Below, piece after piece: positions 25,396-33,446 of a DNA stretch of 64,000 nucleotides (its first letter is position 1; the number at the start of each line of letters is the position of its first letter). The stretch is taken from the IMG/VR virus record IMGVR_UViG_3300036820_000015, positions 1 through 64,000 of that record; one strand, given 5' to 3'. The notes below the pieces were generated by a model. The model saw only the letters and a list, made by a program, of their open reading frames with translations, made no database searches and was not told the origin of the DNA. Made by a program: the position numbers and the translations under genes. Source of the stretch: a virus.

Positions 25396-27468
25396 ATGAC
25401 CACCCTTCTCGATGCCGCTGAGTCCACTGCCTTTGCCGAGATGCCGGACGACCGGCTCATTTCGGCTGAGGATGGACTGCACAAAATGTTCGCCGTGAAG
25501 AAAGCAGCTGGGCTCGACACCGTCGAACTCCAGTCGGCTCACACTCTGCTCGCCCGGCAGATGTTCAAGCGGGGCCTCTTCTACGAGCCCCTCACCGCCG
25601 AGCCTGCTCCCCTGGCCCCGGCTCCCGAGACCCAGGTGCGCAAGGACATCGGGCCGCACTCCTACTTCTCGGGCTGTTGTGACTTCTCTGCCACCGATCA
25701 CATGGCCAAGGCCGTCGGCACCGATGGCTCTCTCGGCAAGGCTCTCGCCTCCACCACCGAGGACCGCCAGCAGGGAGCCGAGAACGGCCTCGCTCTGCCC
25801 GATGGGTGTCTGGCTGCCGAGACACTGGTCACCACTTTGGATGGCCCCCAGCGGATCGACTCCCTCCTCGGCCCCTGCACCGTCCTGACCGATCAGGGCT
25901 GGGTGGAGGCTGAGGTCCGAGACTTTGGTCTCGGGACCCTCTTCGAGGTGGTGCTTCGACGTGGGTCCGAGGAACGGACAATCAGCGCCACTCTCAACCA
26001 CCGCTGGGTTACAACCGATGGCACCTTCGTGACGACCGACCAACTCAGGGATGTGGAAATCCCCTTCGTCGATATGGCAAACTTTGCCAATGTCATCACG
26101 TCGCGTCCCGCCCGATCAACGCAAGCACTTGCCAGCATTGGTGGTGGGAGGGCCGGAGACGCATCAGGTCTGCTCGAAGTGCGGGAAGAAGAAACCGGTA
26201 GCGGAGTTCTACGTCCGCAAGATTGTCCAGCCCAACCGGTATCGCCGAGACTGCATCAAATGCTGTCTCAAACGGACGACCGAGTACGGGCTGGCGAATC
26301 CCGAGAAGAGTGGACGCAATGCTCGACGGGCGAAGCTCAGGACCTTCGGTCTCACAGAGGATCAGTACGAAGCATTGCTCGACGTTCAGGCCGGGGTCTG
26401 CGCTCTTTGCGGACACTCCGAACGGGACTCGACTCGAAAACGCCTACCAGTGGACCATTCGCATCGGCTTGGGCATGTGCGCGGGCTCTTGTGCGCTTAC
26501 TGCAATCGGCAGTTGGGATGGATCGAATCCATCGGGGTGGGTCGCGTCATCGGATATCTCCTTGGCGAGTCGTTGCTGTTGCAGCAACCTCCCGCACCGA
26601 AACCGTCTACTGCGCTGTAGTCCCTGGGCTCCAGCGTTTCGTCCTGGCTGACGGCATCCTCACCGGGAACTCCTTCTACATCCCCGACGAGGCCCATCTC
26701 CACGCCTGCATCCGTCTCCTCGACCAAGCTCCCGACCCCCAGTCGGCCATGAACCACATCATCGAACGGGCTAAAGCCATGGGGCTCGAATCGGCACTCC
26801 CTCCGGCTTGGCGTACCGGTGACGGCACTCCCGACGCCACCGATCCAGCCATCAGTGACGGTGCCCACTCCATCGCTCCCGGCACCGCCCCCACTGCCTC
26901 TGGCCCACCGCGCGCCGGAGCTACCCAGCCCGCCAAGGCCAAGCCCAAGCCCACCTCGGCTCTCATGAAGGCCATCGCCAAGTCCGTCGTCAACGGCGAG
27001 TTCTCCGAAGACCTCTTCGCCAAGGCGGCCGAGGAGATCACCCTGGACGAGAACATCCCGACCTACTTCGTCATGAAGTCGGCCAACACCACCGAGCGCT
27101 ACACCTTGGGCCCGCTCTACATGCCCAACACCCTCGACGCTCATGGCGAGTGGGCCTCAGCCACCGACCTCTTCAAGGCCCGGCTCGACTATGTGCGCGA
27201 GGGGGACCGGACGATCTACCTCCAGCACTCCACCCACCCGGCCGGGGAGTGGGTCGACATCGTCCAGTGGCCCCAGGAGGTCCGCTCCACCATGCAGGTC
27301 ATGGGAGCCGGTGGCGTGAAAAAGGCCGAGGCCATCACCTTCCCGGCCGACACCGTCTACCTGGGTGTCGTCTGGGAACCGTGGGCCCACACCGAAGTCC
27401 TGAAGGGCAATATCCAGGGCTTCTCCATGGGCGGTTGGGCTCACCGCATCGAGGGTCTGCCCGCCTGA
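25396..27468 (+). CDS. Prohead serine protease precursor (XkdF-like) containing an intein
   Basis: C-terminal RYTLGPLYMP..DAHGE...IYLQH...YLGVVW...IQGFSMGG. Confidence 0.85.
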   Translation: MTTLLDAAESTAFAEMPDDRLISAEDGLHKMFAVKKAAGLDTVELQSAHTLLARQMFKRGLFYEPLTAEPAPLAPAPETQVRKDIGPHSYFSGCCDFSATDHMAKAVGTDGSLGKALASTTEDRQQGAENGLALPDGCLAAETLVTTLDGPQRIDSLLGPCTVLTDQGWVEAEVRDFGLGTLFEVVLRRGSEERTISATLNHRWVTTDGTFVTTDQLRDVEIPFVDMANFANVITSRPARSTQALASIGGGRAGDASGLLEVREEETGSGVLRPQDCPAQPVSPRLHQMLSQTDDRVRAGESREEWTQCSTGEAQDLRSHRGSVRSIARRSGRGLRSLRTLRTGLDSKTPTSGPFASAWACARALVRLLQSAVGMDRIHRGGSRHRISPWRVVAVAATSRTETVYCAVVPGLQRFVLADGILTGNSFYIPDEAHLHACIRLLDQAPDPQSAMNHIIERAKAMGLESALPPAWRTGDGTPDATDPAISDGAHSIAPGTAPTASGPPRAGATQPAKAKPKPTSALMKAIAKSVVNGEFSEDLFAKAAEEITLDENIPTYFVMKSANTTERYTLGPLYMPNTLDAHGEWASATDLFKARLDYVREGDRTIYLQHSTHPAGEWVDIVQWPQEVRSTMQVMGAGGVKKAEAITFPADTVYLGVVWEPWAHTEVLKGNIQGFSMGGWAHRIEGLPA
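25807..26670 (+). mobile_element. Intein, 288 aa (Cys1 ... TGN/Ser+1, WCT signature)
   Basis: Block A CLAAETLVTT.DG, block B ATLNHRW, blocks F/G VYCAVVPGLQRFVLADGILTGN|S; splicing restores ALPDG-SFYI. Confidence 0.93.
26051..26620 (+). CDS. Endonuclease VII-type homing endonuclease in the +1 frame inside the intein (likely start 26090)
   Basis: CSKC..K...EFY...CIKC; FGLTEDQYEALLDVQAGVCALC...LPVDHSHRLGHVRGLLCAYCNRQLG. Confidence 0.9.
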   Translation: MWKSPSSIWQTLPMSSRRVPPDQRKHLPALVVGGPETHQVCSKCGKKKPVAEFYVRKIVQPNRYRRDCIKCCLKRTTEYGLANPEKSGRNARRAKLRTFGLTEDQYEALLDVQAGVCALCGHSERDSTRKRLPVDHSHRLGHVRGLLCAYCNRQLGWIESIGVGRVIGYLLGESLLLQQPPAPKPSTAL

Positions 27469-27530
27469 TGGTGGGGCCATCTTCCGCCTGAGGTAGCCTC
27501 CTTCCGAGGACATCTCTCTCCTCTGTCCAA

Positions 27531-27573
27531 GCGCACCGCCCACGGCCCCGGCTCACCACCGGGGCCGGTGCGC
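27531..27573 (+). terminator. GC-rich hairpin after the protease gene
   Basis: CGGCCCCGG/CCGGGGCCG stem extended by GCGCAC/GTGCGC. Confidence 0.5.
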
Positions 27574-27600
27574 GTCTGCTCCCCAAAGCGTGCGCTTCCA

Positions 27601-27636
27601 TAGGTCCCCCACTCCGCGCGGGCCTAGTTCCACGAT
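27601..27636 (+). promoter_or_regulatory. Phage promoter motif before the scaffold/capsid operon
   Basis: TAGGTCCCCCACT with GTCC at 27604, CACGAT at +27, ATG at +40. Confidence 0.8.
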
Positions 27637-27643
27637 GGCACCA

Positions 27644-28558
27644 ATGCCACCGCAGCAGATGACGAGGATTCGTCTCAAGGAGAACTCAGGGGTCGACCAT
27701 CCGGCGCACCTCGTCGAGGGTTGGATGTTCACCAAGGCCGCCACCGATGGGATCTCCGAAGAGATGGCCCTCCTGCTGGCCAAGGCCGAAGCCGTTTCCA
27801 TCGGGATCGACCCCGAGACCATCACCATCACGAAGGGAACCACTCCCATGCCGAAGCTGCCCGACGAGGTCTTCAAGTCCCTCGATCCTTCCGTTCAGGC
27901 CCACATTACGGCCATGGAGAAGGCGGCTGCCTCCCACGCTTGGGCCGACTCGAACTCCGACGGCAAGTGTGACGTCGAGGGTTGCTCGATGGCCAAGTCC
28001 GAGCACATGTCCAAGGCGGCTGACCCCGCTCCGGCTCCCACCGGTCCCGAGGCCGAGCGTCTGGCCTTCGAGAAGGCGGTCAACGCCATGGACCCGGCCG
28101 TCCGCGAGATGTTCAAGGCTCAGCAGAAGGAGACGGCCGCCGCCACCGCTCTGGCCAAGGCCCTGTGGGACGACAAGCAGGACGCCCACTTCGAGACCAT
28201 GGCCAAGGAACTCGTCAACCTGCCGGGCATTCCGCCCACCGGTTACGGCTCGGTCCTGCGCAAGGCCTCCGAAGCTCTGGGCGACGAGACCTTCGAGGAA
28301 CTCTTCAAGTCCATGAAGGGGGCCGACGCTGCCGTCAAGATGTCCAAGGCCTTCGAGGAGGTCGGCTCCGGTCACGGTGGTTCCGGCAATGCGGGTGAGT
28401 CGCTCGAAGCGCTGGCCAAGGAACTCCAGACGGCTGACCCGAACATGACTCTGGCCGAGGCCATGGTCAAGGCAGCCACCTCGCGGCCGGATCTCTACAC
28501 CCAGCACCGCGAAGAGAACATCGCCATCAACCGTGGCGCCACGATCACAGGAGACTGA
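27644..28558 (+). CDS. Capsid scaffolding protein with N-terminal protease-like strand
   Basis: Helical, A/E/K-rich, lies between protease and capsid; N-terminal LKENSGVDHPAH. Confidence 0.75.
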   Translation: MPPQQMTRIRLKENSGVDHPAHLVEGWMFTKAATDGISEEMALLLAKAEAVSIGIDPETITITKGTTPMPKLPDEVFKSLDPSVQAHITAMEKAAASHAWADSNSDGKCDVEGCSMAKSEHMSKAADPAPAPTGPEAERLAFEKAVNAMDPAVREMFKAQQKETAAATALAKALWDDKQDAHFETMAKELVNLPGIPPTGYGSVLRKASEALGDETFEELFKSMKGADAAVKMSKAFEEVGSGHGGSGNAGESLEALAKELQTADPNMTLAEAMVKAATSRPDLYTQHREENIAINRGATITGD

Positions 28559-28561
28559 CGC

Positions 28562-29047
28562 ATGTCCCTCGAAGCCACCCAGCCCTACAAGGTCTCCATC
28601 CCGGTCTCCGCTGCTCTGGCACAGGCCTTGTGGAACGAGGTCCACGCTGCCGGGGCCGCCACGCAGTACACCTTCGTGGCACTCAACTCCTCGGGCCAGG
28701 CCGACCTGCCCGCTTCGGCCACCGACTTCTTCATCGGGGTCATCCAGAACCGACCGGTCGTGAACGCTCAGGGCGCTTCGCAGGCAGGTGGTGTGCCGGG
28801 TGAGATCGTGGTCATGGGTGTGACCAAGATCGTGGCCGGTGGCACCATCACGCCGGGCGAGTACATCGGTCCTCTCTCGACCGGCAAGGCCCAGGCCGTC
28901 ACCGCTCAGGGCTTCGGTGCCTCCTATGTCCAGGCCACCAAGAAGATCCTCGGCCAGGTCTACCCGGCGGCCGGGATCACCTCGTTCGCCTCCGGTGACA
29001 TCGCTTCCGCCATGGTCAACTGCCTCCAGCCCATCCCGGGCACCTGA
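28562..29047 (+). CDS. Capsid cement/decoration protein (DUF2190-like)
   Basis: QYTFVAL...IGVIQNRP...GVTKIVAGGTI..G; located before the capsid gene. Confidence 0.75.
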   Translation: MSLEATQPYKVSIPVSAALAQALWNEVHAAGAATQYTFVALNSSGQADLPASATDFFIGVIQNRPVVNAQGASQAGGVPGEIVVMGVTKIVAGGTITPGEYIGPLSTGKAQAVTAQGFGASYVQATKKILGQVYPAAGITSFASGDIASAMVNCLQPIPGT

Positions 29048-29067
29048 TCGACATGACCACTTCCCTC

Positions 29068-29730
29068 CTACAGCATGATGCCGATGTGGTGCTGACGCAT
29101 CCATTGACGAACGCGCTTGAGGTCGGGATGGGCAGCCAGCAGGTGAACGAGCTTGTGGCAGTCGTGGCAAAGGCAGACCATGTTCTCGACCGCGGAGTTG
29201 TTGGGGTCCTCGTCAATATGGTGGACACAGATCCTGGATTCCTTTCGGGTCCCTCCGCAGAGAACGCAGGTATCTCCGTCCCGTTGGACGACCAGGACAC
29301 CGGCCTCTCCGTAACTCGTCCTGACGTTTCGGAGACGCTGCCTTTCAGCCCGTTCTCCGTCGGTGAGGGCCTGTCGAGTCCGCCCTTCCGAGGTTGCTCG
29401 ACGCCTAATGGCCGTGTCGCGATGGGCAGCGCAATAAACCGGAGAAGGAGCTTCAACCGGGTTGTCGCACTCAGCGCAGACTCCTCGCCTTTGGCGTTCC
29501 TTCCGTTGCTGCTTGCGCCACTCAGCACCTTGGGTGCGGCAGTCGACACAGTTCGTCTCTCCGGGGTTGACCGGAGTCCCGCATCGGAGACAGAGCCCTT
29601 TAGCCCGCTTGATGGCGGCATAGACGGTGTTCTCATGGAGACCGAGGATGCGAGCGGTCTCCCGCCCATTTCCGGTCTGCACGAAGACCTCAAGGATCTG
29701 TCCCTGATCGGCTCTCATCCGGCGTGGCAT
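29068..29730 (-). CDS. HNH endonuclease, antisense within the capsid operon
   Basis: N-terminal HTH, Zn knuckles, RDGDTCVLC...VHHIDEDPNN...NMVCLCHDCH; TGC-TAGGTT-6 nt-ATG leaderless promoter. Confidence 0.9.
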   Translation of the reverse strand: MPRRMRADQGQILEVFVQTGNGRETARILGLHENTVYAAIKRAKGLCLRCGTPVNPGETNCVDCRTQGAEWRKQQRKERQRRGVCAECDNPVEAPSPVYCAAHRDTAIRRRATSEGRTRQALTDGERAERQRLRNVRTSYGEAGVLVVQRDGDTCVLCGGTRKESRICVHHIDEDPNNSAVENMVCLCHDCHKLVHLLAAHPDLKRVRQWMRQHHIGIML

Positions 29731-29773
29731 GGCTGCAACCTAGCAGCTTCCACATGTACAAGGAGAAAGTGAT

Positions 29774-30733
29774 TTGCCACAGCCATCGCAATCGGACGTC
29801 CACGTAGACGCCATCATGACGCAGTTCTCGGTCGCCTACATCCAGAAGGCCGAGGACTTCATCGCTCAGCAGGTCTTCCCTGTCGTGCCCGTCGACAACC
29901 AGTCTGACCTGTACTACATCTACAACAAGGCCGACTGGTTCCGTGACGAGGCCGAGAAGCGGGCTGACGCCACCGAGTCGGCCGGGTCCGGCTACACCCT
30001 GGCGCAGGGGAACTACTTCTGCGAGGTCTACGCCTTCCACAAGGACGTGGGCGACCAGGTGCGTAAGAACACCGACTCGCCGCTCGACGCCGACCGTGAC
30101 GCCACCATGTTCGTCACCCAGCGCATGATGGTGCGCCAGGAACGCCAGTGGGTGACGGACTACTTCAAGACCGGCGTCTGGGGCACCGACGTCACCGGAG
30201 GAACCAACTTCACGGTATGGTCCGACTTCGCTGGCTCGGACCCCATGGAGGACATCGAGCTTGGCAAGGAGACCGTCCTCGGCACCACCGGATTCATGCC
30301 CAACACCCTCGTCCTCGGCTATCAGGTCTTCCGCAAGCTGAAGAACCACCCGGACCTGGTCGACCGGATCAAGTACACGTCGGACAAGGTCGTGACCAAG
30401 GACGTCATGGCCAAGTACTTCGACGTCGACCGTATCCTCATCGCCCGGGCCATCTACAACTCCGCCCATGAGGGTCAGGCCGGGTCGTACTCCTTCATCT
30501 TCGGCAAGTCGGCGTGGCTCGGCTACGTCAACCCGTCGCCCTCCATCATGCAGCCCTCGGCGGGCTACGTCTTCACCTGGAAGGGTGTGTCGGACGGCCT
30601 CGGCACCAACATCGGTATCACCCGCTTCCGCATGCAGCACCTGCGGGCCGACCGCATCGAAGCCCAGATCGCCTGGGCCAACAACATCATCGGAAGCGAT
30701 TTGGGATATTTCTTCAGCGGGGCTGTTGCCTGA
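29774..30733 (+). CDS. Major capsid protein
   Basis: MPQP..DVHVD...SVAY.Q...FIA..VFPVVPV, PNTLVLG, L..HP; strong codon bias; AGGAGA RBS before TTG. Confidence 0.9.
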   Translation: MPQPSQSDVHVDAIMTQFSVAYIQKAEDFIAQQVFPVVPVDNQSDLYYIYNKADWFRDEAEKRADATESAGSGYTLAQGNYFCEVYAFHKDVGDQVRKNTDSPLDADRDATMFVTQRMMVRQERQWVTDYFKTGVWGTDVTGGTNFTVWSDFAGSDPMEDIELGKETVLGTTGFMPNTLVLGYQVFRKLKNHPDLVDRIKYTSDKVVTKDVMAKYFDVDRILIARAIYNSAHEGQAGSYSFIFGKSAWLGYVNPSPSIMQPSAGYVFTWKGVSDGLGTNIGITRFRMQHLRADRIEAQIAWANNIIGSDLGYFFSGAVA

Positions 30734-30736
30734 GTC

Positions 30737-31009
30737 ATGACCACCACCGCCCTCGACCTCGACCACGTTCACATCTTCCTGCGCGGCACCAACTGGGTGT
30801 CCGACGGGGTGACCCGCGAACGTGGTGAGGTCTTGGACACCTCGGCCTGGCGAGCCACCCGCATCACCAGCCTGATCGAGAACCGCACCATCGGGAGGGT
30901 CCCTTACTCTCTCCCCGAGACCATCGAGACCTGTTCCTGCGGCCGCATGTGGCTTGATGCCGAAGCCGCCGCTCGACACACCTGCCCCGTCACCGAGGAG
31001 AGCGACTGA
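30737..31009 (+). CDS. Hypothetical protein with C-terminal Zn-binding motif
   Basis: CSCGR...HTC; directly after the capsid gene. Confidence 0.6.
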   Translation: MTTTALDLDHVHIFLRGTNWVSDGVTRERGEVLDTSAWRATRITSLIENRTIGRVPYSLPETIETCSCGRMWLDAEAAARHTCPVTEESD

Positions 31010-31010
31010 G

Positions 31011-31439
31011 ATGTCTACCGCACAGGGCACCAAAGCCAGGTTCCACGTCGGTGGTCTCTACATCGGCAACGCTGTCTCCGCCGGTGCTTCCGAGACGGCC
31101 GTCGGCTCACCGCGCGACTTCCTCGGCTTCCTCGATGTCATCACCACCGGTACTATCACGCCGGGAGCCATCGCTGCTGGGGCTACCTACACCACCACTG
31201 TCACCTACGCCGGGGCCGAGGTAGCCGGGTCAGCCATCAGTTCTGAGCTTGCTGCTCCCCCGGGCGACTTTGTGCAGGTGCTCTACGTGCCGCCCTCGGC
31301 CGAATACGGGATCATCATCCAGGCCTTCGTCTCGGCGGCCAACACCATTCGGCTCGTCTTCACCAACGCTTCCGGCTCCTCGATCACCCCGACGGCCCGC
31401 GCCTACAACCTCCTGTTCCTCGCCATCAACCACGACTGA
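31011..31439 (+). CDS. Head-associated structural protein
   Basis: GAGGAG RBS; GAIAAG..TVT..GA...GDFV...VSAANTI...N pattern. Confidence 0.65.
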   Translation: MSTAQGTKARFHVGGLYIGNAVSAGASETAVGSPRDFLGFLDVITTGTITPGAIAAGATYTTTVTYAGAEVAGSAISSELAAPPGDFVQVLYVPPSAEYGIIIQAFVSAANTIRLVFTNASGSSITPTARAYNLLFLAINHD

Positions 31440-31443
31440 TCCC

Positions 31444-31905
31444 ATGGCGGCAGCAGTAACTCTCCTGTCGGGAGCCCAGACAGCCAGCGGGACCCTCCGA
31501 CTCGGAGAGGCAGGCTTCCTCGGCTCAGCCGCTCCCGGCACCACCAAGACTCCCGAGATCCATCTCAACTCAGGTGCCGTCTTCCAGTTGGCGGTCACGG
31601 CCGCCACCGCTCTCACCTCGCTCGACGTCAAGCTGCAGCACTCGGTCGACGGCGGAACCACCTGGGACGACTTCGTGCGTTTCGCTCAGGTCACCTCGGC
31701 CCCACTGGCTGCTCCCCTGATCGCTCAGTGGCTCCGCGAAGGCTTCGCTCCGGCGGCTGGGGTCCATGCCTCCTCCACCTCGACCCTGGCCTCCAATGCA
31801 GTGCTCCAGGGTCCGCTGGGCGACGACTGGCAGATCGTCTGGACCCTGGTCGGCACCTCTGTCACCTTCTCCGTTCTAGGGCGGTACTTCAAGCGAGTGA
31901 GGTAA
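31444..31905 (+). CDS. Head-associated beta-sandwich protein
   Basis: LDVKLQHSVDGGTTWDD..FAQVT. Confidence 0.65.
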   Translation: MAAAVTLLSGAQTASGTLRLGEAGFLGSAAPGTTKTPEIHLNSGAVFQLAVTAATALTSLDVKLQHSVDGGTTWDDFVRFAQVTSAPLAAPLIAQWLREGFAPAAGVHASSTSTLASNAVLQGPLGDDWQIVWTLVGTSVTFSVLGRYFKRVR

Positions 31906-31912
31906 GGCAGCC

Positions 31913-32422
31913 ATGAGTTACACCTACACCGGCCGCCCCTTCGCAGTCCCCTACGGCACTCCCGGTGTCGTTCCCACCGTTCAGCAGAACCGTGACTCCG
32001 TCCGCTTCCTCCTGATGGACACCGATCCCAACGACTGGCAGCTGCAGGACGGGGAGATCGACGGCCTCCTCTCTCAGAACACCGGCGCCTATCCGTCGGT
32101 CTACCAGGCGGCCATCGAGGGCTGCATCATGCTGCAGGCCCGTTACACGCGCCGCGCCAACATGTCGGTCGGTGACCTCTCCATCTCGGCCAACACCATC
32201 GCCAAGCAATACGTCGATCTGCGGAAGTCCATCGAGCAGCAGTCCCAGCGTCACGACCCGCCCATGCCCTACGCTGGGGGCACCTCGCGCGGAGACATGG
32301 ACAGTGTCCGCGAGGATGACGACCGGCCGGACAACTGGGCACAGCTGGGCCAGGACGATGATCCGGCTAACGCTCCCGACTTCGGTAACTCCCAAGGGTT
32401 TTCTCAGGTTGTGCCAGGGTAG
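31913..32422 (+). CDS. Head-tail adaptor
   Basis: VRFLLMDTD...LQDGEI...SVGDLSIS; gene position. Confidence 0.75.
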   Translation: MSYTYTGRPFAVPYGTPGVVPTVQQNRDSVRFLLMDTDPNDWQLQDGEIDGLLSQNTGAYPSVYQAAIEGCIMLQARYTRRANMSVGDLSISANTIAKQYVDLRKSIEQQSQRHDPPMPYAGGTSRGDMDSVREDDDRPDNWAQLGQDDDPANAPDFGNSQGFSQVVPG

Positions 32423-32425
32423 CCG

Positions 32426-32776
32426 ATGCCCTTCGACCCCTCTTTCCTCATGCTCATGTCCCAGACCGCCTCCCAGATGTCGGAGGAGGCCGACGACGGC
32501 TTCGGTAACCGCACCTACTCCTCCTCCATCTCCTTCCCGTGCCACATCACCTACAAGCGCAAGGTGATCCGCGGTGACACCGAGGAGAATGCCGTCTCCA
32601 CCGCTCAGATCCAGCTGCCGCCCGCTGGCTACATCGCCAACGCTGTCACCGTCCCGCAGCTGGCGGTCGATGACATCATCACTCTGCCCGACGGCATCTT
32701 CCGCCGCGTCCTCGACATCACCACCTATACCGATAACACCGTCGGTACCCACCACCAAAGCTGTGCCCTCACCTGA
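32426..32776 (+). CDS. Head-tail stopper/closure protein
   Basis: DGFGN..Y...VSTAQI...DIITLPDG; gene position. Confidence 0.7.
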   Translation: MPFDPSFLMLMSQTASQMSEEADDGFGNRTYSSSISFPCHITYKRKVIRGDTEENAVSTAQIQLPPAGYIANAVTVPQLAVDDIITLPDGIFRRVLDITTYTDNTVGTHHQSCALT

Positions 32777-32795
32777 TGGGACCGAGGGCGGTCTG

Positions 32796-33446
32796 ATGGC
32801 CGAAACAATCGAGTGGCAAGGCCTCGACACTCTGCAGGCCCTCATCCGCGACCTTCCTCAGCGCGCTCAGCAATGGACGGTCGACGAACTCGGGCAGGTG
32901 GCCTTCGAGGTCTTCAACGAGTCCCAGCGCGAAGTCCCCGTCCGCTATGGCGTGCTCCGCGCTTCAGGTGACCTGGAGGAAGACGCCGACGGCAAGGGCT
33001 GGTCCATCGGCTATGGCGGTGCCGCTGCTCCCTATGCACTAGCCGTCCATGAAGACCTCTCGGTCCCCCACGCCCCACCGACCAAAGCCAAGTATCTGGA
33101 AGATCCGGCCAACGCCGCTCTCTCCGGCTTTGAGGGTCGCCTCCAGGGCACAGTAGAGGCAGCCATTGTCGGCCAACTGCCCGGCTCCCCGGGGGCGGCC
33201 CACGGCGAGAGAATCCGACGCGCTGTCCGTCAGGCGCGCTCCTCCTCCTCTGCCGTCCGTCACGCCCACGGTATGTCCGATGCCGAGATCCAGTCCGCTC
33301 TCCGGCAGATCCAGCACATGACCGGTGAAGACCTGCACCGCGCCCGTTCGGCCACCCACGCTCGCACCATCTCTTCCGCCATCGCGCGCGCCCGCAAGAC
33401 TCCTGACCAGTTCTACCGGGCCCCGACGCGCCGGAGGCCCATGTGA
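32796..33446 (+). CDS. HK97 gp10-like neck protein with basic C-terminal extension
   Basis: VPVRYGVLRASG...YGG.AAPYALAVHE...KAKYLEDP. Confidence 0.8.
   Translation: MAETIEWQGLDTLQALIRDLPQRAQQWTVDELGQVAFEVFNESQREVPVRYGVLRASGDLEEDADGKGWSIGYGGAAAPYALAVHEDLSVPHAPPTKAKYLEDPANAALSGFEGRLQGTVEAAIVGQLPGSPGAAHGERIRRAVRQARSSSSAVRHAHGMSDAEIQSALRQIQHMTGEDLHRARSATHARTISSAIARARKTPDQFYRAPTRRRPM

Noticed and set aside
27686-29170. Long ORF-track entries such as 27686..29170, 29690..31033, 48609..49964, 1531..2451 and 56459..57583
   Set aside because: They are antisense or alternate-frame shadows of well-supported GC-rich genes and carry no motifs.
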